Origin: a virus
Taxonomy: Duplodnaviria; Caudoviricetes
Strand: one strand, 5' to 3'
Length of the DNA: 62,880 nucleotides
IMG/VR virus record: IMGVR_UViG_3300045838_000044
Span: 1 to 62,880 of that record
The stretch's first letter is position 1. Each line of letters begins with the position of its first letter. Positions 53,930 to 62,880 of this stretch are shown here, piece by piece. Position numbers and translations under genes: made by a program. The notes beneath the pieces were generated by a model, which did not search any database, was not told the DNA's origin, and saw only the letters and a list, made by a program, of their open reading frames with translations.

Positions 53930-54378
53930 CCGACGCCTTGGACGAGGAGGCTCCGCCCCCGGTGCTCACCAAGCTCCGCTCCAAGCCCCACACGCTGGGC
54001 ATGGCCACCGTCCCGTCCCACCACCTCTCGCGCGAGGAGAAGCGCGCCGCCGCGCTGGTCGTCTATCCCACCGACGTGCAGCGCCCCCGCACCCGCGGGG
54101 AGTGCAAGGACGCCCCCCGGCCCTGCCCGTGGGTCTCCTGCAAATGGCACCTCTACCTGGACGTCAACGAGGTCACCGGCTCGCTGAAGCTGAACCAAGT
54201 GGAGCGCGAGCCGTGGGAGCTGGAGGAGACGTGCGCGCTCGACGTCGCTGACCGGGGCGGGGTCACGCTGGAGGAGGCGGGAGAGTTCCTCGGGGTCACG
54301 CGGGAGCGGGTGCGGCAGATCGAGGAGCAGGCGCGGCGGCGGGTGATGCGGGCGGCCAGCGTGCTGGAGGCGGCGTGA
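53926..54378 (+). CDS. Cys/His-rich sigma70 region-4 DNA-binding protein, paralog 2
   Basis: RPRTRGEC...PRPCPWVSCKWHLYLDVN..TGSLKLN...ETCALDVADRGGVTLEE.G..LGVTRERVRQIE. Confidence 0.85.
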   Translation: MTDALDEEAPPPVLTKLRSKPHTLGMATVPSHHLSREEKRAAALVVYPTDVQRPRTRGECKDAPRPCPWVSCKWHLYLDVNEVTGSLKLNQVEREPWELEETCALDVADRGGVTLEEAGEFLGVTRERVRQIEEQARRRVMRAASVLEAA

Positions 54379-55889
54379 ACGCCATCGAGCTCAATGGCTG
54401 CTCGGGCGGCATGGCCGAGGGGTTCCGCCGCGCTGGGATCACGTTCACCTGGTGCTTCGACTGGGATCCCGACGCCTGCGCCAGCTACGAGCGAAACCTC
54501 GGCCACCGGCCGGTGCGCATGGACATCGGCGATCTGGTGCGCATGGCACGCGGCGGCTGGTCGCCGGGCGAGGTGGATTTGCTGGTGGCCGACCCGCCCT
54601 GCACGCCGTGGTCGCGCGCCGGCAAGCGCCAGGGCACCGCCGACGAGCGCGACATGTTGGAGGAGACCTGCGAGCTGATCGCGCTCCTGCGGCCTCGCTG
54701 CTTCCTCATCGGCAACGTCCCCGGCTTGCAGGACTCGACGTCGTGGCACGTGGTCCAGCGGGTGATCGGCGGGCTCGGCCGGCACGGCTACTGCGTCGCC
54801 GACTACCAGCAGCTCGACGCCGCCGACTATGGCGTGCCCCAGCGGCGGATCCGCCCGTTCTGGTTCGGGCACCTGGCCGGGCCCTGCCTCGTCTGGCCGG
54901 CGCCGACTCACGCCGCCCCGTCGCCCACGCTTGCCCTCGGGGGGCTGGGGCTCAAGCCGTGGGTGACGTGCCGGCAGGCGCTGGCCCACCTGCCGCCGGA
55001 GGAGATGGGGCGCCCGGTGCGGCTGCGCTGGAAGCCCACGGACGATCACCGTCCGAGCGCGGTGGACGAGCCGGCCAAGGCGCTGACCACGAATACGCAC
55101 AGTGACGGCTCGCTACGAGGAGCGAGCCGTCACTCGACGGTGCGGGTGAGCCGCAAGCATCCTCCCGTCGGGCAGGATGGGCCATCGACGACAATCCGCA
55201 GTGGTGGTGAAGGACACGCGCCACCGGCGACCGTGCTGGTCAACGGGCGGCACCCGCCCATCGAGCCCGACGCTCCCGCCAGTACCGTCGCAGCGAAGCA
55301 ACGTGGGCAGGGCGCGCAGGTCCTGCGCACAAGCGCTGTGCTCGATGGACGAGGCGAGGTACCGCAGTCCCAGCGGCTGATCTCTCCTGACGAGCCGGCA
55401 ACGGCCGTGCAGGCGCGCGAGGATCGCATCGGCCGCGGGTCGCCGACGATGGCATGGCCATGGGACCGTCCGGCCACCACCATCTGCCGCGACGACCGCA
55501 TCCCGCCGCCAGGTCACCACGACGGCGGCTCATACATGAGCGCCAAGGACTGGCCCTGGGAGCGCCCCTCGACGGTGGTCTGCGCGGGCATCGACAAGAT
55601 CGCTCCCGCCGACGAGCACGCGGGTCAATTCGGGCCCAACGCCATCGTGCTCAGCGAGCGCGCCGCCGCCATCCTCCAGGGCTTCCCCGGGGGCTGGGTC
55701 TTCGTCGGCAAGACGAAGCGAGCGCGCTGGAGCCAGATCGGGCAGGCGATGCCGCCGGCGCTGGCCGAGGCCGTGGCCCGGTCGATCGTGCGGCAGATGC
55801 AGGCGGCGGGTGAAGAGTTGGATCGGGAGTACCGCCGCACGCTTGACGCGGCGGCCGCTGACCGTTTGCTCGACGAGGAGTGCGCATGA
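54375..55889 (+). CDS. Divergent C5-cytosine DNA methyltransferase with a repeated variable region
   Basis: LNGCSGG, ADPPC, GNVPG, AADYGVPQRR.R, AAILQGFP, QIGQAMPP. Confidence 0.85.
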   Translation: MNAIELNGCSGGMAEGFRRAGITFTWCFDWDPDACASYERNLGHRPVRMDIGDLVRMARGGWSPGEVDLLVADPPCTPWSRAGKRQGTADERDMLEETCELIALLRPRCFLIGNVPGLQDSTSWHVVQRVIGGLGRHGYCVADYQQLDAADYGVPQRRIRPFWFGHLAGPCLVWPAPTHAAPSPTLALGGLGLKPWVTCRQALAHLPPEEMGRPVRLRWKPTDDHRPSAVDEPAKALTTNTHSDGSLRGASRHSTVRVSRKHPPVGQDGPSTTIRSGGEGHAPPATVLVNGRHPPIEPDAPASTVAAKQRGQGAQVLRTSAVLDGRGEVPQSQRLISPDEPATAVQAREDRIGRGSPTMAWPWDRPATTICRDDRIPPPGHHDGGSYMSAKDWPWERPSTVVCAGIDKIAPADEHAGQFGPNAIVLSERAAAILQGFPGGWVFVGKTKRARWSQIGQAMPPALAEAVARSIVRQMQAAGEELDREYRRTLDAAAADRLLDEECA

Positions 55890-56116
55890 GCCGCGCCGGG
55901 CTGCTCCGGAACTATGTCCACAGCGGTCTCCCGTGCGGCCATTGCCGCCGCGACTGGGCCATGTGGCTCTGCCCGACGGGCTTCCGCTGCACCATCTGCC
56001 CCGACTGCGCCGGCGTGTGCTTTCACCGGCGGCAGGACGAGCGGCTCCCTGACGGCCGGATGCCGGCGCCGTCGGGCTGGCCGCGGCTGCTCGGGGCGAT
56101 CGGAGCGCGGGCATGA
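55886..56116 (+). CDS. Cys-rich hypothetical protein
   Basis: ATGA overlaps; CxxC motifs. Confidence 0.5.
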   Translation: MSRAGLLRNYVHSGLPCGHCRRDWAMWLCPTGFRCTICPDCAGVCFHRRQDERLPDGRMPAPSGWPRLLGAIGARA

Positions 56117-56355
56117 GCCGCCTGCGGCCGATCCTGTTCTCGGGCCCGATGGTGCGGGCCATCCTTGAGGGCCGCAAGACGAAGACGCGTCGGATCATCA
56201 AGGCCGGTCGCTTCGTGCTGCCCTGCCACGAGCAGGGGAGGGCCTTCGAATACAACGGCGCGGCCCTCGTGCAGACGAGGGGACTGGAACCGGCGGGAGC
56301 CGGCGGGCCCGGGGTTGGCGCCTCGGGCCCGGATGCCTCGGGGGGGCAGGGGTGA
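56113..56355 (+). pseudogene. Truncated paralog of the ASCH-like gene at 43254
   Basis: First ~57 aa match ([21 protein letters not shown]...[11 protein letters not shown]), followed by an unrelated low-complexity tail. Confidence 0.7.
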
Positions 56356-56975
56356 TGGCGTACGCGAGCCGCACCGGCACCCGGCGCAACCTCGAGGCCC
56401 TGCGGGCGGCTGGCTGGGGGCTTATGGTCTCGGCCACAGGTCGTCACCGGACCGAGGGGTTCGCCCGATACGCCATCGACAACGGCGCTTGGACAGCGTA
56501 CCGGCAGGGCCGCGCGTGGGATGAGAGGCTCTTCATGGAGCTGGTCGAGGCTCTCGGGGCCGCCGCCGACTTCATCACCGCGCCGGACGTCGTAGCTGGC
56601 GGGGTAGCATCGCTGAGGCTCACCGAGTCGTGGTTGCCGCGACTCGAGCGGTTCGGGCGGCGTCTGCTGGTGCCTGTCCAGGACGGAATGCAGCCCGGCG
56701 ACGTCGCGCCGTTGCTCGGGCCGAGGGTGGGGATCTTCGTAGGCGGCAGCAATGAGGCGCCCACCTGGTGGAAGGTCAGGACGCTGCCGGCTTGGGGGCG
56801 GCTCGCGCGAGAGCGTGGCGCCCACCTCCACGTTGGCCGCGTGAACAGCAGCCGACGCATTCGCCAGTGCGCTTTAGCCGGCGCTCATTCGTTCGACGGC
56901 ACCTCGCCGACCCGCTACGCGGTCACGCTGCGGCCGCTGGACAACGCCAGGAGGCAGACGTCATGGGTGTTCTGA
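56355..56975 (+). CDS. Short TGT/DpdA-like base-exchange protein (putative)
   Basis: YAIDNGAW, APDVV, PVQDG, IFVGGS, HVGRVN, SFDGTS; coupled to queD. Confidence 0.65.
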   Translation: MAYASRTGTRRNLEALRAAGWGLMVSATGRHRTEGFARYAIDNGAWTAYRQGRAWDERLFMELVEALGAAADFITAPDVVAGGVASLRLTESWLPRLERFGRRLLVPVQDGMQPGDVAPLLGPRVGIFVGGSNEAPTWWKVRTLPAWGRLARERGAHLHVGRVNSSRRIRQCALAGAHSFDGTSPTRYAVTLRPLDNARRQTSWVF

Positions 56976-57376
56976 TCCGCCGCCGCTATGATCTTGAGGT
57001 CGCCCACCGCCTCACGGGCGGGGTGCCCGAACACCACAAGTGCCGACGCCTGCATGGCCACCGGTACGAGGTCAGCGTCACCGTCGGCGGTGACCTGGAC
57101 GAGGTCGGTATGCTCATCGAGTACGACGCGCTCGATCGGGTGATAGGGCCGATACTTCGGCTCGTCGACCACCACTGCCTCAACGACCTGGCCGAGCGCT
57201 GCTCAACCGTCGAAGCCGCCGCCGTGTCCACGAATCCGACTGTGGAGCGGCTCGCCCGGTGGCTGGCTGCGCGCCTCGCTGGAATCGTCGCATCTGCGGT
57301 CCCAGAACAGAAGCTGGCACTGGTCGAGTTGACCGTGCGCGAGGACGCGGCATCAGAAGCGGTGTGGCGGCCATGA
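56963..57376 (+). CDS. queD: 6-carboxy-tetrahydropterin synthase (QueD/PTPS)
   Basis: AHRL, C-x3-HGH, DH..LND, NPTVE.LA, VRE. Confidence 0.9.
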   Translation: MGVLIRRRYDLEVAHRLTGGVPEHHKCRRLHGHRYEVSVTVGGDLDEVGMLIEYDALDRVIGPILRLVDHHCLNDLAERCSTVEAAAVSTNPTVERLARWLAARLAGIVASAVPEQKLALVELTVREDAASEAVWRP

Positions 57377-57888
57377 CCCATCTCGACGACCACCGCCTCG
57401 TCGACATCTTCCGTCGCGAGTTCGAGGCCACCCGCCAGCTCGAGGCCGCCGTCCGCGCCGTCGCCACCGAGGTGCTAGCCAGCGTCCCTGAGCAGCTCCC
57501 GCTGCCCCTGCCGCCGGTCCTGGTCAGCTCGACGCCGGCCGACGAGGTGGAGCAGCGCGCGCTCGTCCGCGCCGCCCTCGAGCTGGTGGCCAGCGGCGCC
57601 GGGATCACCGTTGGCGAGCTCACCGAGCGCAGCAAGCGCCCCCACCAGGTGCGCGCCCGGTGGGTGGCGATGGCGGTGCTCCGGCGCTACCTCGACCTGC
57701 CGCTCGACCGCGTGGCCGAGGCGCTGGGGCTCAGCGACCACACGACGGTGATGCACGGCCTGCGCTGCTACGACGCCGCGCCGGAGCTGGTGGAACGCGG
57801 ACACGCGGTGATGCTCGCGCTCGAGGGCATCGATACAGAAACGGCGGTTTCTGTACAGGACGCCGGCGCAGCGACGGAGGCGGCGTAG
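57373..57888 (+). CDS. Protein with a DnaA domain IV (DNA-binding) module
   Basis: RARWVAMAVLRRYLDLPLDRVAEALGLSDHTTVMHG. Confidence 0.85.
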   Translation: MTHLDDHRLVDIFRREFEATRQLEAAVRAVATEVLASVPEQLPLPLPPVLVSSTPADEVEQRALVRAALELVASGAGITVGELTERSKRPHQVRARWVAMAVLRRYLDLPLDRVAEALGLSDHTTVMHGLRCYDAAPELVERGHAVMLALEGIDTETAVSVQDAGAATEAA

Positions 57889-58863
57889 ATGGCCCGCACG
57901 CGCTCCCTCAACCCGCAGCAGACCGTCGACGAGGACGTGAACAAGCTCAGCATCCACGCGCGCTACGTCTGGGCGTTCCTGCCCTGCCACGCCGACCGCG
58001 AGGGCCGGCTCGCCGACAAGCCCTTCTCCCTCAAGCTGGCCATCCTGCCGGTGGACGAGGTCGACATGGATGCCCTGCTTCGGGAGATCGCCGCCCAGGG
58101 CTTCATCAGGCGCTACACCGTTGGTGGGCGCGGCTACATTCAGATCCGGTCGTTCCTGCGTCATCAGCACCCGCATCGTAGGGAATGCGACTCCATCATC
58201 CCGCCCGAGGGCTCGGCCAACGACGGTCCTAGGACAGGCCTGGGACAGGACGAGCCGGGTAATTCCCCGGCTTCGACGGTCCTAGGACAGGCCTCCGACA
58301 ACCCACCGGAATCATTGGGGCCTCGTAATTCCGCGGCCAGGCCGGTCCTAGGACAGGCCCAGCCCGGCGGATCCGGATCCGGATCCGGATCCGGAGATCT
58401 CTCTCACTCGCGCGCGCTCGCGCGCGATCCCGGACCGGAGCCCCTAGCACCGGGCCCGGTACCACCACCGGCGGTGATCCCACCCCCGCCCCTCGAAGCC
58501 CCTCCGGTCCGGCGCCTGGCCGGATACGACCTGCAGTGCTGGTTCGGACAGATCCGAGCGGAGTTCCTCGGCGGGCTGCCGTGGACGGTCCCGCCGTCCG
58601 CTGACGGCAAGGCCGACACGTTCGCGGCCCGCCTCACACCGGACGACGTGGTCGCGGTGAAGCCGACGATGCGCCGGCTCTTCGAGCACGTCACGAGCGG
58701 GGACGAGGACTGGGAGGACGAGCGCCTCAAGACGCCGGCGTTTGCCTTCGGCGCGTGGATGGCCCGCTTCACCGAGCTGCGCGAGGAGATGGTCTCCGCC
58801 GCGCAGAAGCGCGCCGCCCACGCGAGGCGGAAGGTCTTCGACCCGAAGGCGCAGCCGATATGA
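57889..58863 (+). CDS. Replication initiator (lambda O-like) containing the origin
   Basis: MARTRSL.P...ADREGRL...HQ.P N-domain; internal iterons; upstream of DnaB. Confidence 0.85.
   Translation: MARTRSLNPQQTVDEDVNKLSIHARYVWAFLPCHADREGRLADKPFSLKLAILPVDEVDMDALLREIAAQGFIRRYTVGGRGYIQIRSFLRHQHPHRRECDSIIPPEGSANDGPRTGLGQDEPGNSPASTVLGQASDNPPESLGPRNSAARPVLGQAQPGGSGSGSGSGDLSHSRALARDPGPEPLAPGPVPPPAVIPPPPLEAPPVRRLAGYDLQCWFGQIRAEFLGGLPWTVPPSADGKADTFAARLTPDDVVAVKPTMRRLFEHVTSGDEDWEDERLKTPAFAFGAWMARFTELREEMVSAAQKRAAHARRKVFDPKAQPI
58221..58392. repeat. Origin iterons and (GGATCC)4
   Basis: CGGTCCTAGGACAGGCC at 58224, 58277 and 58343 with palindromic core GTCCTAGGAC; GGATCC x4 at 58369-58392. Confidence 0.85.
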
Positions 58864-60242
58864 GCGTGACCCCGCTGCCTCTGCCCTCGAACGGCAACGC
58901 TGGTCTCCGTGACCGGACGCCGCCGCATAGCCTCGACGCCGAGAGGAGCGTCCTCGGCTCGGTATTCATCCGCCCCAGCGTCTGGCCGGCGGTCGCCGAC
59001 CAGCTCCCCATGGATGCCTTCTATGCGCCCGCCCACCGCGAGATCTACGACGCCATGCTGCTCCTCCGGCACCGCGGGATGCCGCTCGACCCGATCACCG
59101 TGGGCGCCGAGCTGAAAGCGCGGGGCGCGCTCGCGCGGCTCGAGGGCGGCGAGGACTACCTGCTCCGCCTCGTCGAGGCCGTGCCGACCGCCGAGAACGT
59201 GGACGCCTATGTGCGGATCGTCCGCGACACGGCCGCCAAGCGCGAGGTGATCCGGCTGGCGGCGGAGATGGCCTCTCGGGCCTACGGCGACGGCGAGACG
59301 GCCGAGCTGGTGGAGTCGGCCTCGAAGCAGCTCGTGAAGCTCAGCATGCGGGCGGCGACCGAGCTGCGCTTCCTGCACGAGTGCACGGCGGCCCTCATCG
59401 AGGAGATCCAGCAGCGCCAGGACGCGAAGAAGCGCGGGGTGCGGACGGGCATCGAGCGGCTCGACGAGATCACCTGCGGCTGGAACGACGAGGAGCTGAT
59501 CATCATCGGTGCCGACCCCGGCGCGGGGAAGTCGGCCATCGCCGTGCAGGCGGGGCTGAACCTGTGCATCGAGGACGAGGGCACCTGCTTCATGGCCAAC
59601 CTCGAGATGGGCCGCAAGCAGATCGCCGAGCGCGCCCTCGCCCACCTCGCGCAGATCAGCTCGTACCACCTGCGGCGGGGCGAGCTCACGACCGCCCACT
59701 ACCGCGATCTCTACCGGGCGCGCGGCGTGCTCGAGAAGCTCGATTTCTACGTCGAGGACGAGATCACCACCGTGCGGGAGTTCGCGGCCAAGGCGCGCGT
59801 GTGGCGCACGCGGCACCCCGACCGCAAGGCGCTCGCCGTCTTCGACTTCCTCCAGCTCGCCGCGGGAGACAGCGGCCGCTGGAGCCGCGCCCAGCAGGTG
59901 GGCAACGACGCTCGCGAGCTCAAGGCCCTCGCGAAGGAACTGAAGATCCCGGTGGTGGCGGTGTCGTCGCTCGCCCGCACCGGCAAGGACGCAGCGGAGC
60001 GGCCACCGCGCATGAAGGACCTCAAGGAATCGGGCGACATCGACTACGCCGCGGATCTGGTGCTGCTGATCTGGAACCGCGAGGCGACGAAGGACGGCCC
60101 GGTGACGTTCGTCATCGAGAAGAACCGCAACGGCCCGAGCGCCGAGGTCGAGGCGCACTGGACCGGCCGCCACTATCGCTTCACCGACATCGAGGCTGGC
60201 AACGATGGCCCGCACCAGGAAGAGCTACCCCAAACCGCGTGA
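58860..60242 (+). CDS. dnaB: Replicative DNA helicase DnaB
   Basis: PPHSLDAERSVLG, GADPGAGKS, NLEM, DFLQL, LKALAKEL.IPVV, DLKESGDI, IEKNRNGP. Confidence 0.95.
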   Translation: MSVTPLPLPSNGNAGLRDRTPPHSLDAERSVLGSVFIRPSVWPAVADQLPMDAFYAPAHREIYDAMLLLRHRGMPLDPITVGAELKARGALARLEGGEDYLLRLVEAVPTAENVDAYVRIVRDTAAKREVIRLAAEMASRAYGDGETAELVESASKQLVKLSMRAATELRFLHECTAALIEEIQQRQDAKKRGVRTGIERLDEITCGWNDEELIIIGADPGAGKSAIAVQAGLNLCIEDEGTCFMANLEMGRKQIAERALAHLAQISSYHLRRGELTTAHYRDLYRARGVLEKLDFYVEDEITTVREFAAKARVWRTRHPDRKALAVFDFLQLAAGDSGRWSRAQQVGNDARELKALAKELKIPVVAVSSLARTGKDAAERPPRMKDLKESGDIDYAADLVLLIWNREATKDGPVTFVIEKNRNGPSAEVEAHWTGRHYRFTDIEAGNDGPHQEELPQTA

Positions 60243-60252
60243 GGAGGGACCC

Positions 60253-60960
60253 ATGTTTGATTACGAGCTGCAAGCCGAGGTGAAGAGCATCGAGAACCTG
60301 GTGCCGAAGGTCGACGGCCCCGTCCAGCGCGTTCTACGCGTGACCTTCCGCCGCGACCTCGACGAGGACATCGGGCGGAGCATCGCCGGCCAGTTCGGCG
60401 TCGATGCCGTCGAGGCGCTCAACGAGCGCACCATCACCAAGATCGAGTTCCCCATCGACGCCGTGACCGCCAAGGCGACGCTCAAGGGGACGAAGGGCGA
60501 GGCGCTGGCCCTCGGCGAGATCTTCGGCATCAAGGCCATCGGCAAGGCCAAGAAGCTCCAGGAGGACAAGGAGCCCGACGAGCCGCAGGCCGAGTTGAAG
60601 TTCCAGTTCCCCTACAGCACTGAGGCGTGGATGTTCTTCGGCGAGAACACACACGTCACGGTGGGGATCAAGCTCCAGAAGGCGCAGCTCGACCTGCCGG
60701 GCACTGACAAGCCGCCGAAGGGCGACGCCGGCGCGGAGGCGAGCGGCGAGGGCGAGACGAAGAAGAGCGCCCGCAAGAAGCGCAACGGCGGCGCGGTGAA
60801 GTCCTCGCACGGGCACGACCGCGCCGAGGCCAGCGGCGAGATCACCGACCCGCAGCAGGCATCCACGCCCGAGGAGGCGGAACGGATCCGCGAGCAGCAG
60901 TTGCGCGAGCGGCGCATGGAGGACGAGGCGGCGTGGACCGACGGCGCGAGGCCGTCGTGA
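60253..60960 (+). CDS. Hypothetical protein
   Basis: GAGGAGG RBS; strong codon bias. Confidence 0.7.
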   Translation: MFDYELQAEVKSIENLVPKVDGPVQRVLRVTFRRDLDEDIGRSIAGQFGVDAVEALNERTITKIEFPIDAVTAKATLKGTKGEALALGEIFGIKAIGKAKKLQEDKEPDEPQAELKFQFPYSTEAWMFFGENTHVTVGIKLQKAQLDLPGTDKPPKGDAGAEASGEGETKKSARKKRNGGAVKSSHGHDRAEASGEITDPQQASTPEEAERIREQQLRERRMEDEAAWTDGARPS

Positions 60961-61787
60961 GCGGCGAGGAGACCACCGCGCAGACGCCGGTCGAGGTCGA
61001 CCATCAGGCCGGCGCGCTCGCCCCGCCGTTGCCGGCGCCGGTGCCTGTCCAGCGCATCCAGCTCGGGAAGTACTCGGTGCCGCTGCCCTGGGTGCTCTCG
61101 TGGGCTCGCCGCGACTGCCGCAACTGCAACGGCCGGGGGACGGTGCTCTTCCTCGGCCAAGCGGCCACGGCGGAAATCGAGATCGAGGTGCTGCCCGAGA
61201 AGCGCGGCAAGCGCGTGCTTTGCGGGTGCGCCCAGCGGGCGGCCGAGGCGCGGCTCGCTGCCTACGCGCGGACCGAGGCGAAGCCGGTGGAACCGCCACC
61301 AGCGGCGCGCGACGAGCGCGAGGAGGCGCGAGCTGCCAGGCGCCGCGAGGCCCTCCAGCGCGAGGTGGCCAAGCTCGAGGGCGAGTTGGCCGGGCGCGAG
61401 CAGGCGCTCGAGCGGAAGCTCGACGCGGACCGGGTCGAGGCGAGCCGCTGGGCCATCGCCGAGCAGGACGCGGCCACCGACGTAGGGCTCGTGAGCGACG
61501 CCATCACCAAGCTCCACGAGCGGATCCGCGAGATGGAGTGGTCGCTGTCGTCACTCCGGCAGACGCTGGCTACCCGCGAGCAGCAGCTCGTCGAGGTGAA
61601 GAACCGGCGGGACGAGGCGCCGGGGAAGCGCAAGGAGGCCGAGGAGCGGATCGCGCGGGCCCGTGACCGATTCGAGCGCGACACGGTGGGGCTGCGAAAG
61701 GAGATCGCCAAGGCCCAGCGTCGGCTGGCGGCGGCGATGCGCGAGGTGCCCGGCGAGGCGGGGCCGCGAGAAACGGAGGCAGCGTGA
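60957..61787 (+). CDS. Zn-ribbon plus coiled-coil protein
   Basis: CRNCNGRG...LCGC followed by a long coiled coil. Confidence 0.7.
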   Translation: MSGEETTAQTPVEVDHQAGALAPPLPAPVPVQRIQLGKYSVPLPWVLSWARRDCRNCNGRGTVLFLGQAATAEIEIEVLPEKRGKRVLCGCAQRAAEARLAAYARTEAKPVEPPPAARDEREEARAARRREALQREVAKLEGELAGREQALERKLDADRVEASRWAIAEQDAATDVGLVSDAITKLHERIREMEWSLSSLRQTLATREQQLVEVKNRRDEAPGKRKEAEERIARARDRFERDTVGLRKEIAKAQRRLAAAMREVPGEAGPRETEAA

Positions 61788-62104
61788 GGGGCCCCATGCC
61801 ACCCGATGTCTGGACCGAGAAGCTCCGCAAGGGCGCCGCCGAGACGAACGACACGCTTCAGAAGCTTGTGCCCCCTCGCCCGCGGCCCGGCGACAACGAC
61901 CCGCAACTCCTCCGCATCGGGGAGCAGATCCGGCAGTTCCGGAACGCGCAGAGGATGACCCAGACCGCGCTGGCCGCCCGCCTTGGCGTCACCCAGCAGC
62001 AGGTGGCGAAGCTCGAAGCGGAGGAGGGCAGTCCCACCGTGGAGACGCTCGCGAAGGTGGCCGATGCGCTGGGGGTGCGGCTGTTCGTGGAGTTCTGCCG
62101 ATGA
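61784..62104 (+). CDS. XRE-family HTH regulator
   Basis: IGEQIRQFR....MTQTALAARLGVTQQQVAKLE....PTVETLAKVADALG. Confidence 0.9.
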   Translation: MRGPMPPDVWTEKLRKGAAETNDTLQKLVPPRPRPGDNDPQLLRIGEQIRQFRNAQRMTQTALAARLGVTQQQVAKLEAEEGSPTVETLAKVADALGVRLFVEFCR

Positions 62105-62265
62105 CCGGCGCGCAGTTCGTCGACGTCCTAACGACCAGCGCAGGCGCGGCGGTGATCCTGCTGACGGCGGCTGCGCTGACGGGGCTCTTCGCCTATTTGC
62201 TCATCGGGAGCGGCGACGCCGATGATGACGACTGGGGTGAGCCCCCACTGGGAGGGACGACGTGA
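62101..62265 (+). CDS. Small membrane protein
   Basis: One TM helix; ATGA overlap. Confidence 0.5.
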   Translation: MTGAQFVDVLTTSAGAAVILLTAAALTGLFAYLLIGSGDADDDDWGEPPLGGTT

Positions 62266-62525
62266 GCCCGGTGTGGTTTCTCGTCTTGCCGACAGGCGCG
62301 ATCTGCGTGACCGGCCTCGCTGCTCTCTCGGTCGCGCGCTTGTCGGCAGCGCATCGGGCAGCGAGGGCGGAACTCATTCGGCGAGGCTTCGTTCCAGCGG
62401 GTGACCGCCTCGTGCGAAAGCCACCGTGGATGTCTGAGCTTCAGGCTAGGGAGATAGTGCGGGAGACCCGAGAGAAGGTGCGAACGGGCGAGTTGACCCG
62501 TCGGCACCAGGGAGGCTCACGATGA
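62262..62525 (+). CDS. Small membrane-anchored protein
   Basis: N-terminal hydrophobic helix; GTGA overlap. Confidence 0.5.
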   Translation: MSPVWFLVLPTGAICVTGLAALSVARLSAAHRAARAELIRRGFVPAGDRLVRKPPWMSELQAREIVRETREKVRTGELTRRHQGGSR

Positions 62526-62880
62526 GCGACGGCGATCGGTGCACAGAGACCCACGCGAGCGGCGCACGTTGCGGCCGACCGGCCGGCCACGACGGGGACC
62601 ACTTTGCGATGCCGCCTATTCGTCCACTGTCCTTGCGGGAGTGGGCGACGTACCAGGAGAAATTCCTCGCTGTCGAGGTTGATCGGGATCGCCTGCGTGC
62701 CGACAACGATCAGCTTCGCGAGGAGAACCGCCGGCTGGCGAAGCTGGGGCCCTTGCTGGCCCGGGCGCTGGCGCTTATCCCCGGTACGCCCTTCGAGGGC
62801 ATGGGGCTCGAAGATTTGGAAGCGGCCGTGGTCAATCGCGACCCGCGGGAGGTTGGCGCTTCGACGCAACCCGCGGGCGC
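62522..62880 (+). CDS. Hypothetical protein, 5' part (continues across the join to 422)
   Basis: GGAGG RBS; C..PAGHDGDH motif and coiled coil; no stop before the end. Confidence 0.7.
   Translation, partial: MSDGDRCTETHASGARCGRPAGHDGDHFAMPPIRPLSLREWATYQEKFLAVEVDRDRLRADNDQLREENRRLAKLGPLLARALALIPGTPFEGMGLEDLEAAVVNRDPREVGASTQPAG
62754..62880. repeat. Terminal direct repeat, copy 2
   Basis: Identical to 1-127. Confidence 0.95.

Noticed and set aside
58221-58359. CRISPR mini-array
   Set aside because: The repeats are short, unevenly spaced, in frame within a rep gene, and there are no cas genes; these are iterons

Overview
This window is an apparently complete, circularly assembled temperate myovirus genome of about 62,753 bp. 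Bases 1-127 are repeated exactly at 62754-62880, and one ORF reads across the join. It is very GC-rich, and several proteins resemble myxobacterial families, so a Myxococcota host is inferred. Layout: terminase and Mu-like head genes (2.4-14 kb), contractile tail and baseplate (14-32 kb), RuvC and M15 endolysin, a divergent RHH switch, a recombination module, a secreted-peptide/lipoprotein/papain-protease island, a second RHH switch, excisionases and a tyrosine integrase, a DNA-modification cluster, and a lambda-like initiator with iterons plus DnaB. Most notable points: (1) an intact attP (tRNA 3' end plus inverted arm repeats) inside the integrase ORF; (2) an InPase-like domain inserted into the portal; (3) an island between portal and MuF with an atypical tRNA-like gene (8-nt loop, possible UUA anticodon) and a stand-alone HisKA-like helix pair; (4) a TGT/DpdA-like gene paired with QueD, next to two methyltransferases with non-canonical catalytic motifs; (5) a tandem-duplicated baseplate J; (6) identical protein repeats with scrambled codons; (7) recurrent leaderless-type promoters. 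All family calls come from motif recognition by eye; no database searches were run.
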